Part shown: one piece after another, positions 16,503-34,231 of the stretch
How the letters are laid out: each line of letters opens with the position of its first letter
Position numbering within the stretch: the first letter of the stretch is position 1
Source of the DNA: Scenedesmus sp. PABB004
Taxonomy: Eukaryota
Direction: 5' to 3'
NCBI GenBank assembly: GCA_014905635.1
Contig: JABVCE010000034.1
Coordinates: forward strand, 186,001 to 250,000
Length of the DNA: 64,000 nt
Translations under genes and position numbers: made by a program
Notes under the pieces: model-generated
Told to the model about the DNA's origin: nothing
The model's database searches: none
Seen by the model: the letters and a program-made list of their open reading frames with translations, nothing else

Positions 16503-17842
16503 ATGGCCGCCTCGCTCGGCGGCGAGCCGTCGGCCGGCGGCGCTGCTGGCGCACAGGGCGACGGCGACGAGGCCGTCGTGCGGCTGTGCGTCGGCGGCGC
16601 GCGCTTCGCGACGACCCGCGCCACGCTCACTGCCGCGCCGGGCAGCTACCTCGCGACGCTCTTCGGCGGGCGCTGGGAGCCGGCCACGGTGGGCGGCGAG
16701 GTGTTCATCGACCGCGACCCCGACAGGCGTGTGAGCGGGCGCCCCCGCGCCGGCAGCGCCCGCGCGCGGCCGCTCACGGCGCGGCCCCGCGCACGCCGCC
16801 GCCGCCGCCGCCGCAGCTTCAAGTGGGTGCTGAGCTACCTGCGCTGGCTGCGCGGCGGCGGGACGCTGGTGCTGCCCGACGCGCCGCTCGCGCTGCGGCA
16901 GCTGCGCGCGGAGGCAGACTTCCTGGGCCTGCCCGGCCTCGCGCGCGCGGCGGGCCTCGGCCGGCTCGCCGCGGACGGCGCGGGGCTGCAGCACCCGGGC
17001 GGCGCGGACGGCGGCGGCGACGGCGCGTCCGCGGGTGCCGGCGGCGCGGGCGGCGGGGAGCAGCAGCTGCCGACCCTGGCGCAGGCGGTCGTCGAAGCGC
17101 AGCGCCTGCTCGCGGCGGAGCGGGAGGAGGTCGATCCGCAGGTCACGGAGCTCGCGGCGCTGGTGCTGCGCCACGTGCTGACCCTGCCGCTCGCGGCCGC
17201 GCAGCCCGACCTGCTCGCCGCGCTGGCCAGCCCCGAGGCGGGCGCGGTGCTGGAGTTTGCCATGGTGCATCAAGCCGCCGGCGACCCGCGCATGTCACTC
17301 GAATGCCACCTTGCGCCGGCTCGGGCGCTGGTTGGCGAGGTGGCGGAGATCGGTGACCCGCCGACGCCCGGCCCGGGGTGGGGGCGGCGCGTGTGGTATC
17401 ATCGCTTCACCGCCGGCATTTCGAACACCGAGGTGGGCTGCTTTGTGCTGCGCACCGCCAAGCCGGGCGAGGCGCTGGCGACCGAGAGAGTCGCACGGGC
17501 GGACTTTGCGCCCGAGCTGGCCAGGCGCGCACGCGCAATCACCGCTGGCGGGCGCGCGGCGGGGCTGACGCGGCGGAGCCGCCAGCGCCGCCGCGTCGCT
17601 GGGCGGCTGGGCAGCTGAGCAGCCCGCCGCCCCGCTGCTACTGCTGCCGCAGGTGCGCGCTGCTCCACAAGCTGCTGGTGCAGCAGGCGCCGCGGCGCGC
17701 GCTCGCGGCGTTCGTGGCGGCGCTGCGCGGCGCGGGCTTTGCGCGCGTGGCGGTGTCGACCGAGCACATGACCTATGGCTGCATGGAAGGCCCGCTGGCG
17801 CGGTTCCCGGGGATTCGTGGTATCGTCACGCTCGAGCTGTGA
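16503..17842 (+). CDS. KCTD-type BTB/POZ domain protein
   Basis: VVRLCVGGARFATTRATL...SYLATLFGGRW...VFIDRDPD(S)FKWVLSYLR...EADFLGL. Inferred GC-AG introns 16727-16816 and 17525-17652. Confidence 0.82.
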
Positions 17843-17997
17843 AAAACTCACGCTCGGGGTCGGTCGGTGACAACCCTGTCACCGACCGACGCAGGCCGCT
17901 CCCCGCGCGCCCGCTCCGCTCAACGCAACTGCCCGCCCTTGCGCGCGCTGGTGGTGTGCCGCGGTCGCACCGGCGGGCCGCCCGCTCGCGCGCCCGC

Positions 17998-18492
17998 TCA
18001 CGCCTGCTGCGACGGCGCGCCGCCGCCGCCCTCGGCGGGCTCGGCCTCGGCCTTGGCCATGTCGCGCTGGCTGGAGAGCGGGGGCGCGTCGGTGCCGCCG
18101 CGCGCGTCGACGCCGCCGACCACGCTGCCGAGGCCCGGGCCCGCCACGGTGCCCTGGTCGCCGGCGAGCTGCGACATGTGCGCGGCGTCGCCGGGCAGGT
18201 CCTTGATGTTGGTGCTGCCGGGCTTGGTGTCCGCCGCGTCCTCGGCGAGGTTGCCGCCCACGGGGTTGAGCGGCTCCACGCCCGCGGCAGCGAGGTCGAT
18301 GCCAGACGCGGCCTGGGGCTCGTCGTTGCGGCCGCCGATGGCCACCTGCGGCGGCGGCGGCGGCGGCACGCGCGCGGCGGCGGCGGCGCGCGCGTGCGGT
18401 GGCACGGCGTGAGCCCCGGGGGCGGGGGGCGTGCCATCAAGCCACGGGCAGCGCCTGGGTGCGCGTGCCTGAGGCGTGGACTCCGAAGCCAT
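17998..18492 (-). CDS. Small acidic, probably disordered hypothetical protein
   Basis: Exon 18345-17998 has coding-like codon use (VAIGGRNDEPQAASGIDL...DTKPGSTNIKDLPGD) after a ccgcag acceptor. First exon MASESTPQ with a GC donor at 18468 is inferred. Confidence 0.6.
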   Translation of the reverse strand: MASESTPQARAPRRCPWLDGTPPAPGAHAVPPHARAAAAARVPPPPPPQVAIGGRNDEPQAASGIDLAAAGVEPLNPVGGNLAEDAADTKPGSTNIKDLPGDAAHMSQLAGDQGTVAGPGLGSVVGGVDARGGTDAPPLSSQRDMAKAEAEPAEGGGGAPSQQA

Positions 18493-18712
18493 CGCGGCGA
18501 CGCGTGCGCGTGCGGGGCGGCGGCTCCGACCGGTCTGGGGCTCGGGGTTGAGGGCGTGAGGCGCTGGGCGGGGTGCTGGGGGGGCGTCTGGGGGACGGGG
18601 GACGCGCGGGCGCGGCGATCAAGGCCGGCGGCGGCGGAGAACCGCGGCGGCTCGTCACAAGCGCACCATCGCTCCCAGCGCCCAGCCCAGCCGCGGCCAC
18701 AGCCCCAGCTCG

Positions 18713-22892
<4,180 letters not shown>

Positions 22893-23465
22893 GGCGCCCA
22901 GAGATCGCCCCCGACACCAGCCAGCCAGCCAGCCAGTGGCGCTGCTGCGGCGTGCTGCGGCGGAGCGGTTGCGGCGGGCGCTGCGGCGGATGGCAGCGCC
23001 GGCGGGCTGCCGGCCGGCGCGGGGGCCGGCGCGGGACGCGGGGGCTGTGTCGCAGCTCGGGGGGAAGGGGGGGAGAGCCTTCGAGCTCTGCGGCACCGCT
23101 GCGCAAAGCCCTGGCCGCAGGAGCGCCGGCCAGGCTGCGTCGCACGCTTTGTCACAGCGCGCTGGCCGCCGCGCAGAGGCCCTGGGGCCCGCACACACAG
23201 ATACACACACAGAAAAAGATACAGACGGCCCGACAGTGGTACTAGTACGCGGCCCGCCGACGTGCCGGCCGGCGGGGGCCGCCGCGCCGCGCCGCGGCCC
23301 CAAACTCCGCACGCGCGCACGCGCATCGTCACACACGGGCCGCTCGCCCAGCGCAAGCCCTCGCGCGCGCGCTCTCGCCGCCGCCGCGCCGAGGCGGCAC
23401 GACACCATACAAAACAACAAGCACGCCCGCGCGCCGCGCCGCTCCTGTGCGGCGCCGCGGCGCGC

Positions 23466-26400
23466 TCACGGTGCGAGGCCGGGGCGGCCGCCGCCGCCCT
23501 TGGCAGCGCCCGCGGCCGCGGCGGCGCCCTTGGTCGCCGACTGCACCACGCTCGCGGCGCCCTTCTTCACGCTCTCGACCACGCGCGGCTGCCAGCTGCC
23601 CTCGCGCACCTGCGGCGCGGCGCGCGGCGCGGCGCGCGTCAGCGTTTCAGCCCGCTCCCCGCCGCGCAGCGCACCGCGCCGCGCCTCTGCCTCCCCTCGC
23701 CCACGTGGCCCCTCCCACCCACCCCCCCCCCCCAGGCGTCGCGCCTGGCGCATGATGCCCCTGATCTGCTCCCCGCTCAGCGTCTCCTTGTCCAGCAGCT
23801 CGCCCGCGAGCGCGTGCAGCTCGCCCTCGTGGCCCGTGAGGATGGCGCGCGCGCGGTCGTACGCGCCCTGTTGCAGGCAGGCAGGTGCACACGCACGCGC
23901 GGAGCCGGTTGGACACGGCGCCCTCGCGCGCAGCCGGCGCGGGCGCCGGCCGCGGCCAGTGCACCCTGCACCCCGCCGCGGGCGCGGTCCCCGGCCAGCC
24001 ACGGCGCACCGCGCGCACGCGCGCGCCGCCGTCGTCTCACCTGCACGAGGCCCCGCACCTCCTCCTCCACCAGCTGCCGCGTCTCGCTCGACATGCTGCG
24101 CCCGTCGTCCTCGTAGTCCAGCGACACCTGACGCGCGACGCGCCCGCGGCGCGCGCGCGCGCGCGTCGGCGTGCGGCCCCGCTGCGGCCGCCGCCTCCCG
24201 GCCCGGCGCGCGCCCACGCGCAGCCGCCCAGCCGCCGCGGTCCACCCCGCGCCCGGCCCGTAGCTCGCCGCCCCGCCTGCCGCCTCGACCCTGCGCCCTC
24301 CGCCGCCGCGGACGCGCCCCCCGCCCCGCCCCGGGGCGGAGGCGGCGTGGCGGGCCGCGCGCGTGCGCGGGCGCACCTGGCCGACCTTGTTGCTCATGCC
24401 ATACTTGGTGACCATCGCGCGCGCGAGCGACGTGGCCTGCTTGAGGTCGCTGCTCGCGCCGCTCGTCACATCGTCCTCGCCTGACGGACCGCGGCGGCGT
24501 GCGCGGCGCAGCGCGGCGCGGCGCAGTGCGGCGAGGCGCGGCGGTGAGGCGCGGCGCGCAGCGGGGCGCTGCGGCCGCGCGGCGCCGTCGCCAGACCAGG
24601 GCCCCCCGCAGCGCGGCGCACCAAAGATGAGCTCCTCCGCGACGCGGCCGCCCATGCAGACGTCGAGGCGGGCGAGCATCTGCTTGCGGCTCATGCTGGT
24701 CTGGTCCTCGTCCGGCAGCTGCATGACCATGCCCAGCGCCATGCCCCTGCACGGGCGGGCGCGCGCGCGCGCGCGGGCGGGGTCGGCGCGGCGCGGCGCG
24801 GCGCGGCGGGGCAGCGGCGGACGCGCCGCCTGCTCGCAGGCGGCCGGCCTCCTTGCGCCCGCCTGCCTCGGGCCCCCCGTGCGGAGGTCGGGGACGCCGA
24901 GGTGGGCTGGCTCCAACGCGGACCCGCGCACCGGGCGGTTCAGCGCCGCAAGATGGCCTCGTAAGGCAGTGTGAGGCACTCTGGAGTGCTTCACACTACC
25001 CTACGGGGCCATCGAGCCGGCGCTGAAGCACCCCGCAGCGCTTCCCGTTGCAGTGGCTCTAGGGCGCCCAAGGGTTGGCGCGCGCGCCCCCGTCCCGCGC
25101 CGCGCCGCGCCCCGCGCCCCGCGCCGCCCCGCGCGCGCGCGCCGCACCGCGGCACGATGGTCGCCTTGTGCAGCGGGTCTGCGCCGTCGGTGTGCAGCGC
25201 GACGAGCGCGTGGCCGCCCTCGTGGTACGCGGTGAGGCGGCGGCTCTTCTCCGTCACGACCGCGCTCTTGCGCTCGGCGCCCATCATGATCCTGGCGGGC
25301 GGGTGCGGGTGGGGGGGTGGGTGGGTGGGTGGGTGGGTGGGAGGGGGGGGGCAGCGGCGTGTGCAGGGAGCGAGAGGGAGAGAGGGAGAGAGGGAGAGAG
25401 AGAGAGAGAGGGAGGGAGGGAGAGAGAGATAGAGAGATGCACGCGGCGGCGCGGCGCGGGCCGTGCGGCGCTGCGACCCCCGGCGCGGGGGGCGCGGGGG
25501 GCTGCGCACCTGTCTCGCGCGTACTCGAGGCTGGCCATGCTCACGGCCTGCTGCCCCGCCTTGGCCGCGTGCAGCGCGGCCACGTTGACCAGGTTGGCCA
25601 GGTCGGCGCCGCTAAAGCCGGGCGTGCCGCGCGCGATCGTCGACAGCTGCACGTCCGGCCAAACGGAATGTTCTGCGGCGCGGCGGGAGCGCGCGCGCGC
25701 ACGGCACGTGAGCCGCCGGGGCCGCGCGCCGCGCTGCGCGCGCCCGTGAGACCTCCCCTGCCACCCCCCCCCCCCCCCCACACACACACACGCACACATT
25801 CCACCCACCTTGAAGTGTGTCTCCAGGATCTGGCGCCGCCCCTCCACGTCGGGCGCGGGCACGACGACGTGGCGGTCAAAGCGCCCCGGGCGCACGAGCG
25901 CCTTGTCCAGGATCTCGGGGAAGTTGGTCGCCGCGACCACGATCACGCCCTCGCTCGGCTGGGGGCGCGTGGGTGTGGATGTGGGTGGGTGGGTGGGGGT
26001 GGGCGAGTGGGCGGGTGGGCGGGTGGGTGGGTGGGCGGGCGGGTGGGTGGGTGAGCGGGTGCGCGCGACACACGGGGGGCGGCGCAGGCGCGGCGGCGGC
26101 GGGCACACAGTGCGGCACAGTCAGGCGCAGCAAAGCGGGGCGAGGCACAGCGAGCGCGGTGGGGCGCGGCGGCGCTGGCACGGCGCGCGGCGGGGCTGGC
26201 GCCCAGCCCTCGGACGGTGCCGCCCGCGCGCGCGCCCACACACACACGTGCCCCCGCCCCCGCCCCGGTGCGCGCACCTTGAAGCCGTCGAGCTCCACAA
26301 GCAGCTGGTTGAGCGTCATGCGCATGTACTGCTGGTCCTTGGGGTTGCGGTTGCCGCCGATCGCGTCGATCTGTTGGGCGGGCGGGGGGGAGGTGTGCAG

Positions 26401-26832
26401 GTGTGAGTGCGGGGTGAGGGTGTGAGGGCGTGAGGGTGTGAGGGCGTGAGGGTGTGAGAGGGGAGGAGCGAGGTGTGTGCGGGCGCGCGCGTGAACGAGG
26501 CGCGACGCGCGCGTTGCGGCACCGAGACACGCGTGGCGTGCGAGTCTAGGTGCGGCAGCGGGGCGCGCCGCCAGACTCGCACGCCACGCGTGTTCCGGTG
26601 CCGCAACGCGCGCATCGCGCCGCGCTCAGCACTGCCCCCCCCCTTGAGAGAGGCGGCCGGTGCGTGACGAGGGGCGTGAGTGGTGGACGCCGTGGAGGCG
26701 GTGCCACGGCACCCCACAGGTTCACCGCTCGCGCGCCGCATCACGCACCCGCCCTCCCCCCTCCGCGCCGGCCCTGTGACACACAACATGTGTGCGTCAC
26801 ACGCACGCGCGCTCGCACTCACACTCGCGTGC

Positions 26833-26926
<94 letters not shown>

Positions 26927-28930
26927 GCCACACACACGCCACACACACACGCACGCACGCTCTCTCTCTCTCTCTCACCCACACGCCCACACCACGCCCG
27001 CGCACGCCCACACCCACCCGCCCCACCCGCCCGCCGCCCCACCCGCCGTGCCGCACCCACCCACACACACACCGCCGCTGCCGCACCTCGTCGATGAAGA
27101 TGATGCAGGGGCTGTGCTTCTTGGCCGCCGCAAACAGGTCGCGCACGCGGCGCGCGCCGACGCCGACAAAGACCTCCTCAAACTCGCTGCCGCTCGTGTA
27201 GAAAAACGGGACGCCCGCCTCGCCCGCGATCGCGCGCGCGAGCATCGTCTTGCCCGTCCCGGGCGGGCCCACGAGCAGCACGCCCTGCGGGTGCGGCAGC
27301 CGCGTGTGTGTGCGGCGTGGGCGGCTGCGTCGCGGGCGCCGCGCCGCACGGTGTGCGCACGCCCGCGCCCGCCCGCACACACGCCCCGCCCGCGGCCCCT
27401 GCACCTTGGGCAGCTTGCCGCCGAGGGCAGTGAACTTGTGTGGGTCCTTGAGGTACTCCACGATCTCCTCCAGCTCCGCCTTGGCCTCGTCGACGCCCTT
27501 CACGTCAGCAAACCTGAGGGAGGTTCAAGGCGCACACGCGCGGCGGCGGCGCGGCGCGGTCAGAGCGGGGCTCGTGGGGAGGGCGAGCGCGCGCGGGCGC
27601 AGCAGCGCGCGCGCGGGGCGCGGCGCGGGCCGCGAGTCTCACTTGGTTGACGAGTCGAACTGCGGCTTCATGTCTGGGTTGTTCAGCAGCCCCTTGCCCA
27701 GCGCCTTCTCGTCCAGGAAGGCGCCCACCGCGGTCACCAGGATGAACGCGAGGCCCAGGCTGCGCAGCAGGCGCGCAAACTGGCACGGCGGCAGACGAGC
27801 AGGGCACGCGGCGCGCGGGGGAGCGGGGGGCGTCAGGCGCGCGGCGCGGCGCGGGCGACGGCGCGCGGGAGCGCCGCGGGGGAGCGGCGCGGGCGAGCGG
27901 CGCGGGGCGCTGGGCAGCGGCGCGGCGGCCAGCGGCCCCCGCACCTGTGCCATGAGGCTCGGCTCCGCGTGCGTGATGACCAGGGGGTTGCGGTTGGTGC
28001 CGAGCTCCCCGGCGCCGGCGCCGGCGCCGCCGCCGAGCCCCGCGGCCGCGAGCGCGGCTGCCGCCTGCGAGCCCATGCCGCCAAAGCCGCCGCCGCCGGC
28101 GCTGGCGCCGTAGCCGCCGCCGGCGCCAGCGCCGCCGCCGTACCAGGGCGCGCCGGCGGGCGGCGGCGGCGGCGCGTACATGCCCGCCGCGGCGGCGGCC
28201 GCCGCGGGCGGCCCCGCGGCCGCGAGGCCGCGCGCCGCGAAGCTCGCCTCTGCGCCGCGCGCGAGCGTAGAGAAGAGGCGGCTGTTGTCGAGCGCGTCGA
28301 GCTTGACCAGGGCGCGCACGTACTCGCCAAACGCGGCCTCGCCCGGCGACACGGCGCCGCCCTCAAACGCCGACACGACCGCCTCGGGCCGCCCCGAGCG
28401 GTTCAGCCGGCGCAACACGTCGACCTGGCCGCGGCGGGGCAGCGGCGGCCGGGGGCGGTGGCGGCGCGCGCGTGAGCCGCGCGCGGGCGGCCGCACTGCG
28501 CGCGGGCGGCCGCACTGCGCGCGGCGCAGCGCAGCGCGTGGCACGACTGCCGCCGCGCTCCCGCGCGCCGCCGGCCGACCGCAGTGGCCGCTGCTGGCGC
28601 CCGGCGGCGGCGATCGGGCGCCCGCTGCCCAGCGCCGCCGCGCGGGCACGCGGGCGGGCGCGCGTGGCGGCGACGCCCGCCGCGGCGCGCCGGCGCGCCG
28701 CGCCGGCGCGCCGCGGGCGCTGCCAGCGGTTCCCCGTCGCGCACCTGCTTGGCTGGGTCGGAGGGCAGCTCCGCCTCGCCGCCGCGCGCGCTGCCGGAGA
28801 GGAACGCGCGCCGCGACTGGCCCGGGCGCGGCCGCAGCGCCGCGCCGGCGCCCTCAGCGCCGGCGACGCCACTCCATGTACTGCGCGCGACCAGGCGCAG
28901 CGCGCGCGCGAGCCCCCGGCCCCGCTGCAT
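23466..28930 (-). CDS. FTSH4: Mitochondrial i-AAA ATP-dependent zinc metalloprotease (FTSH4/YME1-like)
   Basis: Arg-rich presequence [80 protein letters not shown] (HExxH), [12 protein letters not shown]. Frame problem near 25657. Confidence 0.94.
24939..25027. ncRNA. Intronic foldback hairpin (about 43-bp imperfect stem), candidate pre-miRNA
   Basis: 24939-24981 is an imperfect reverse complement of 24984-25027. Lies in the 401-nt FTSH4 intron 25147-24747. Function is inferred only. Confidence 0.5.
25370..25437. repeat. (GA)-rich microsatellite
   Basis: Visible in an FTSH4 intron. Confidence 0.85.
26499..26621. ncRNA. Intronic foldback hairpin (49-bp stem, 46/49 Watson-Crick), candidate pre-miRNA
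   Basis: 26499-26547 pairs with 26573-26621 around a 25-nt loop. Lies in the 716-nt FTSH4 intron 27086-26371. Confidence 0.55.
26835..26950. repeat. (CA)n microsatellite
   Basis: Visible in the longest FTSH4 intron. Confidence 0.95.
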
Positions 28931-29437
28931 GGCGCGGGGGCCGGGATGGGGCCCGAGATGGCTCCACGCGAGCCCGCGGCGAGCCCAGGGGCGACCGCCG
29001 GCGTGCCGGGGGCGCGATCGGAGCACGCAGAACGACGTGCGCGGGATCTGGGGCGCCCCGGGCCACGCAGCTCGCGGCGGGAGGCCCGGGCAGCAGCGGT
29101 GGGTGGGCTGGCGCTCGGCTGCGCGTGGGGCGCGGGGCGGCCTGGGTCGCGTCGCTGCCGTCGGCGCTGCGTCGCTGCGCGGCCGGCGGGCCCCATGCCA
29201 CCGCTCGCTGCGGCCCCGCCCGCGAACCGCGGCCCCCGGCCTCCTCCTCTGCGACGCCGCAGCGCCACCGCCCGCCACGCTCGGCCTTTTCCGAGGACCG
29301 CCGCGGGCACCTCTCGGGCGAGCAGGTGCGGCCAGGGCGCGCGCGCAGCCGCCCCATCGCGCGGCCATCGCGGCGCCCGCCCCGCCTCACGCGCGCCCGG
29401 GCCGCCGCGCCGCGCCGCCTGGGGACGCAGGGGCACG

Positions 29438-30557
<1,120 letters not shown>

Positions 30558-30615
30558 TAAGTTCAGGCCCGCGCGCGGCGCGGCTGCGCGGGTGGCGCGC
30601 GCGGGCGCGCATCCA

Positions 30616-30620
30616 TGTAA
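30616..30620 (+). promoter_or_regulatory. TGTAA polyadenylation signal of UBA52
   Basis: Canonical chlorophyte poly(A) signal about 105 nt after the stop codon. Confidence 0.6.
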
Positions 30621-31580
30621 TCGCGCGCTGTTGCTCCGCGCGCGCAGCGCGTCGGCAGCGGTTCGCGAGCGCCCCGGGACGGACAGGGCGGCGCGGCTGC
30701 GCAGGGTGCGAGAGTGCGGAGCGAGCTGAACGCCGCGCTACGCCGCGGCACGTCACCGGCGGCGCAGCAGCGGCGGCGCTGGCGGACGCGCGTGGAGAGC
30801 GAGCGCGTCGCAGAGCGCACCTCTCGCGGCACGACAAGCCCATGGGCCACACGCTCGCGGCCCGCCGCAGCTTACGCGCAGCCCGGCGCATACGTCCGAC
30901 GCCGCGGCGGGGGCCGGCCAGCGCTGCCGCGGCGCACCATGCTGGCGTCACGGCACTGCCGTTGCGATTGCTGGCCTCAAGGTCAACCCCCGCTGCCCGG
31001 CCGCCAGCAACTGCAATGTGCGAGCTCACCGCGCGTCCGAGCAGCAGGCAGCGGCGGCCGCCGCGCACAAGGAGCGGAAGCGCAACCACGGCCCCAACCT
31101 GCGGGCCAGCACGCGCAAGAAGACGCCGGCCCACCCGCAGCCCGCGCGCCGCCGCCGGCCCGTCGCCGCTCGCGCGGCGGCGCAAGAAAAGAATGCCCGC
31201 GCTCCGCATTCGGAGCACACCTGCCTAGACTAGAGCACGCACGCACGCACGCGCGCAACCGCCTCCGCCCCGCCCCGCACAAAGCCCCCAGCGCCGCGCC
31301 AACCCCGGCGCCGCGCCGGCCCCGGCGCCGCGCCCGCTGCGCGCCGCCCCCTCCGCTCTTGTACAGTCGGCGCGCGCGGCGCGGGCGCCGGCCTATGTGC
31401 ACGCGCGCCGCCCGCGCGCCCGCCCGCCCCACGCGCGCGCCGCCCCACGCGCGCGCCGCCCCGCGCGTGCGCCGCCCGAGCGCCGCCGCCGCGCCGCCCG
31501 CGCCGCCGCTGAGGCGCGCCTGCCGCGGGCCGCGCCCGGGGCGCTGCAGCGGCTGCCGGTGGGCGCGGCGGGCGCCCGCC

Positions 31581-32579
31581 TCACGCCTCCTGCTCGACCC
31601 AGCTCTGCTCCACCACCTCGCGCACGCGGCGGTTGTACTCGCGCCGGTTCTCGTTGTACAGCCGCGCCGCCTCGCTGTTGGCCGGCGAGTTGGGGTTGGG
31701 GTCGCACAGCAGCGACTGCGCGCGCGGGCGGCGGGCGCGCGGCGGCGGGCGGCGGGTCAAGCCGGGGCCCGTGCGTCGCCGCGCCGCCGCCGCCACGAGG
31801 CGCGCATCAGCGCTGCCGCCGCCCAGCCGCTGGCGCCGCCTTGCGCGCGGTGCGGCGCGCCTGGATGCTGGTGAGGATGGCGCTGACGTCGTAGATGGGG
31901 CTCCACTGGTTCTGCAGGATGTCCAGGCAGATGCCGCCGTCTGCGTAGACTGCGGCGCGCGGGGCGCAGGCAGAGGCGGGGGCGGGGGCGTGACGACGGC
32001 GCCGCGCGGGCGCGCAGGCACGAGCGCTGCTCCGCGCTCGGCCGGCCGTGCGCGCGCGGCGCCTTAGGCTCACTGTTGGGGTGGAACATCGTCGACTTGA
32101 ACTTCACCAGCGGCGCCTTGTTGGGGTAGTCCTCCGTGAACTCCAGCGTCAGCTTGAACGTGCCTGCGCGGCGAGAGAGCGCGCGGCTGGGCGGCGGCAG
32201 CGGCGGCGCGCGCAGCAGCGGCGGGCGGCGCGGTGCGGCGCCGCGGCCGCGGCGCGGCGGCGCACCGCCGTCCCAGGGCGTGTCCTCCGGGCCGAAGATG
32301 ACGGCGTTCCAGAGCATGATGTTGTCGGGGTTGGGCGAGCCGTTCACGCCCTGGGGCGGGTCCTGGCGCAGGCGCTTGAAGTCGCGCATGAGCCGCTGCG
32401 CGCGCCGCGGCGGCGGGTCGGGCGCGTGGGTGGCGGCCCAAAGCGCCGGGACCCGCGCCGCCGGCGCCCCGGGGCGCCCACGGGCGCCGTGGCGGGCGCG
32501 CGATGGCCGGCCAGGGGCGGGGGCGGGCGCTGCGGGCGCGCCGGCGCGCGGGCCCCACCTTGCGCGCCGGCGTGGACAT
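31581..32579 (-). CDS. UBC2: Ubiquitin-conjugating enzyme E2 (RAD6/UBC2)
   Basis: [81 protein letters not shown]. Last intron is GC-AG (31860-31716). Confidence 0.97.
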
Positions 32580-32992
32580 GGCGGGGCTCGGGGCGCCCGC
32601 GGGGCGCCGCTCAGGGGCTGGCGGGCGCGGCCCCGCGGGCCAGCACGAAGCCGAGCGGCGTCGCTCGCGGGCGCCTGGCGGGACGTGGAGGACGGGCGGC
32701 GGGGGGAGCGGTGCGTGTGTGTGCGGGGCGGCGGGGGGGGGGGAGGGCGCTGGAGCAGCACGGCCAGAGGCGAACAGTCGACTGTTCGCGCGCCTGGCGC
32801 CCTTCCCGCACGAATCCGCCCCCCGCCCCACGGCCACACCGCGCGCCGCGACACACCGCGCCCCGCGCCCAGCAGCACCGGCCGCGCCCCGCCGCGCCGC
32901 CGACCGCACGCTCGGCGCCGCTGCTGCCGCGCCGCCGCCGGCGCCAGGCCGCGCACGCCCTCTGCGCACGGGGAAGCGCGATCACCACCACC

Positions 32993-34167
32993 ATGGCGCT
33001 CGTCTGCGGGCGCGGCGCGGCGCCACGCGCAGCGCCGGCGGGCGTGCAGCGGCGCAGCGAGCGCTGCTGCCAGCGGCCGTTCTCGGCGGCGGCGGCGGCG
33101 CAGCGCGGCGGCGGCCCCAGCGCCCGGGAGCAGCAGCAGCCGAGCGCCTGGCCGAGCAGCGGCGAGCAGATCGGCGCCGCCGCTCTCGCCGCCGTGTTGG
33201 CGGGGCAGCTGCTCGTCGCGGAGCCCAGGTGCGCGGCCCGCGCCGGCGGCGCGGCCTCCAAGCGTGTGCGTCGCCGCGCCCACCCATGCCCGCCCGCCGC
33301 TCGCAGCTGGGCGGTGCTCAACTCGCCCAACGCGCGCATCCCGCGCTCGGCCGAGGCCGCGCTGCGCAGGTGCGGCGCGGCGCGGCCGCCAGTGACACCG
33401 CCGCCGGCCGTGCCCTGATCAGGGCATGAGCCCGCGTCCCGCATCTCCGCCCGCATCCCGCCAGGTCCATCCCCGCCTTCAACAACGACGTGCAGAGCCT
33501 GCAGAAGTCGCTGGAGGAGGTGCGGCGCGGTCGCCGCGCACGGCGCGGCGGGCAGCGCGCGCGCCGCCGCCGGGGCTCGCCGCCTGCGCCCGGGGCTCAC
33601 CGCAGCCCCCCCCCCCGCCGTCCCCCGCCGCGCAGGTCGCGTTCCTGCTGCGCATCCCGCAGCGCAAGCCGTGGGGCAACATGGCGTCCAACGTCGCGGC
33701 CGCGCTCGCCGTGTGCGGCGACCGGGCCGCGCTGCTCGCGGGCGTGCCGCCGCGCGACGCCGCCGCGGGCGGCGCGGCGCTGGACGCGCTGTACGGCAGC
33801 CTGAAGCAGCTCGAGCTCGCGGTCAAGACGCAGCAGCCCGACTTTGCGGGCGTGCGCGTCGCCGACGCGCTGCGCCACGTCGCCGAGCTCGAGCTGCTGC
33901 AGGCGCCGGGGCTGGCGTTTGTGCTGCCGCGCGAGTACGCCGACCGCCCCCGCCTCGCCGGCCGCGCGACGGTGGAGCTGACGGTGGAGAAGGCGGATGG
34001 CTCGCTCGCGTTTGTGGATGTCGCCGCGGGCGGCCTCACCAAGCAGGGCAAGGTGCGCTGCGCGCCGCCGACCGCCGCGCCGTCGCGTGGCCTTGGGCCC
34101 TTGGGCCCTTGGAGCCGGCCCGCGCATGGGCTGACGCCGCCGCCTGGCCATGCCGTGCGTGTCGCGC

Positions 34168-34231
<64 letters not shown>

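Noticed and set aside
31018..31233. Basic 71-aa ORF between UBA52 and UBC2
   Set aside because: No ATG start or recognisable motif; lies between convergent 3' ends.
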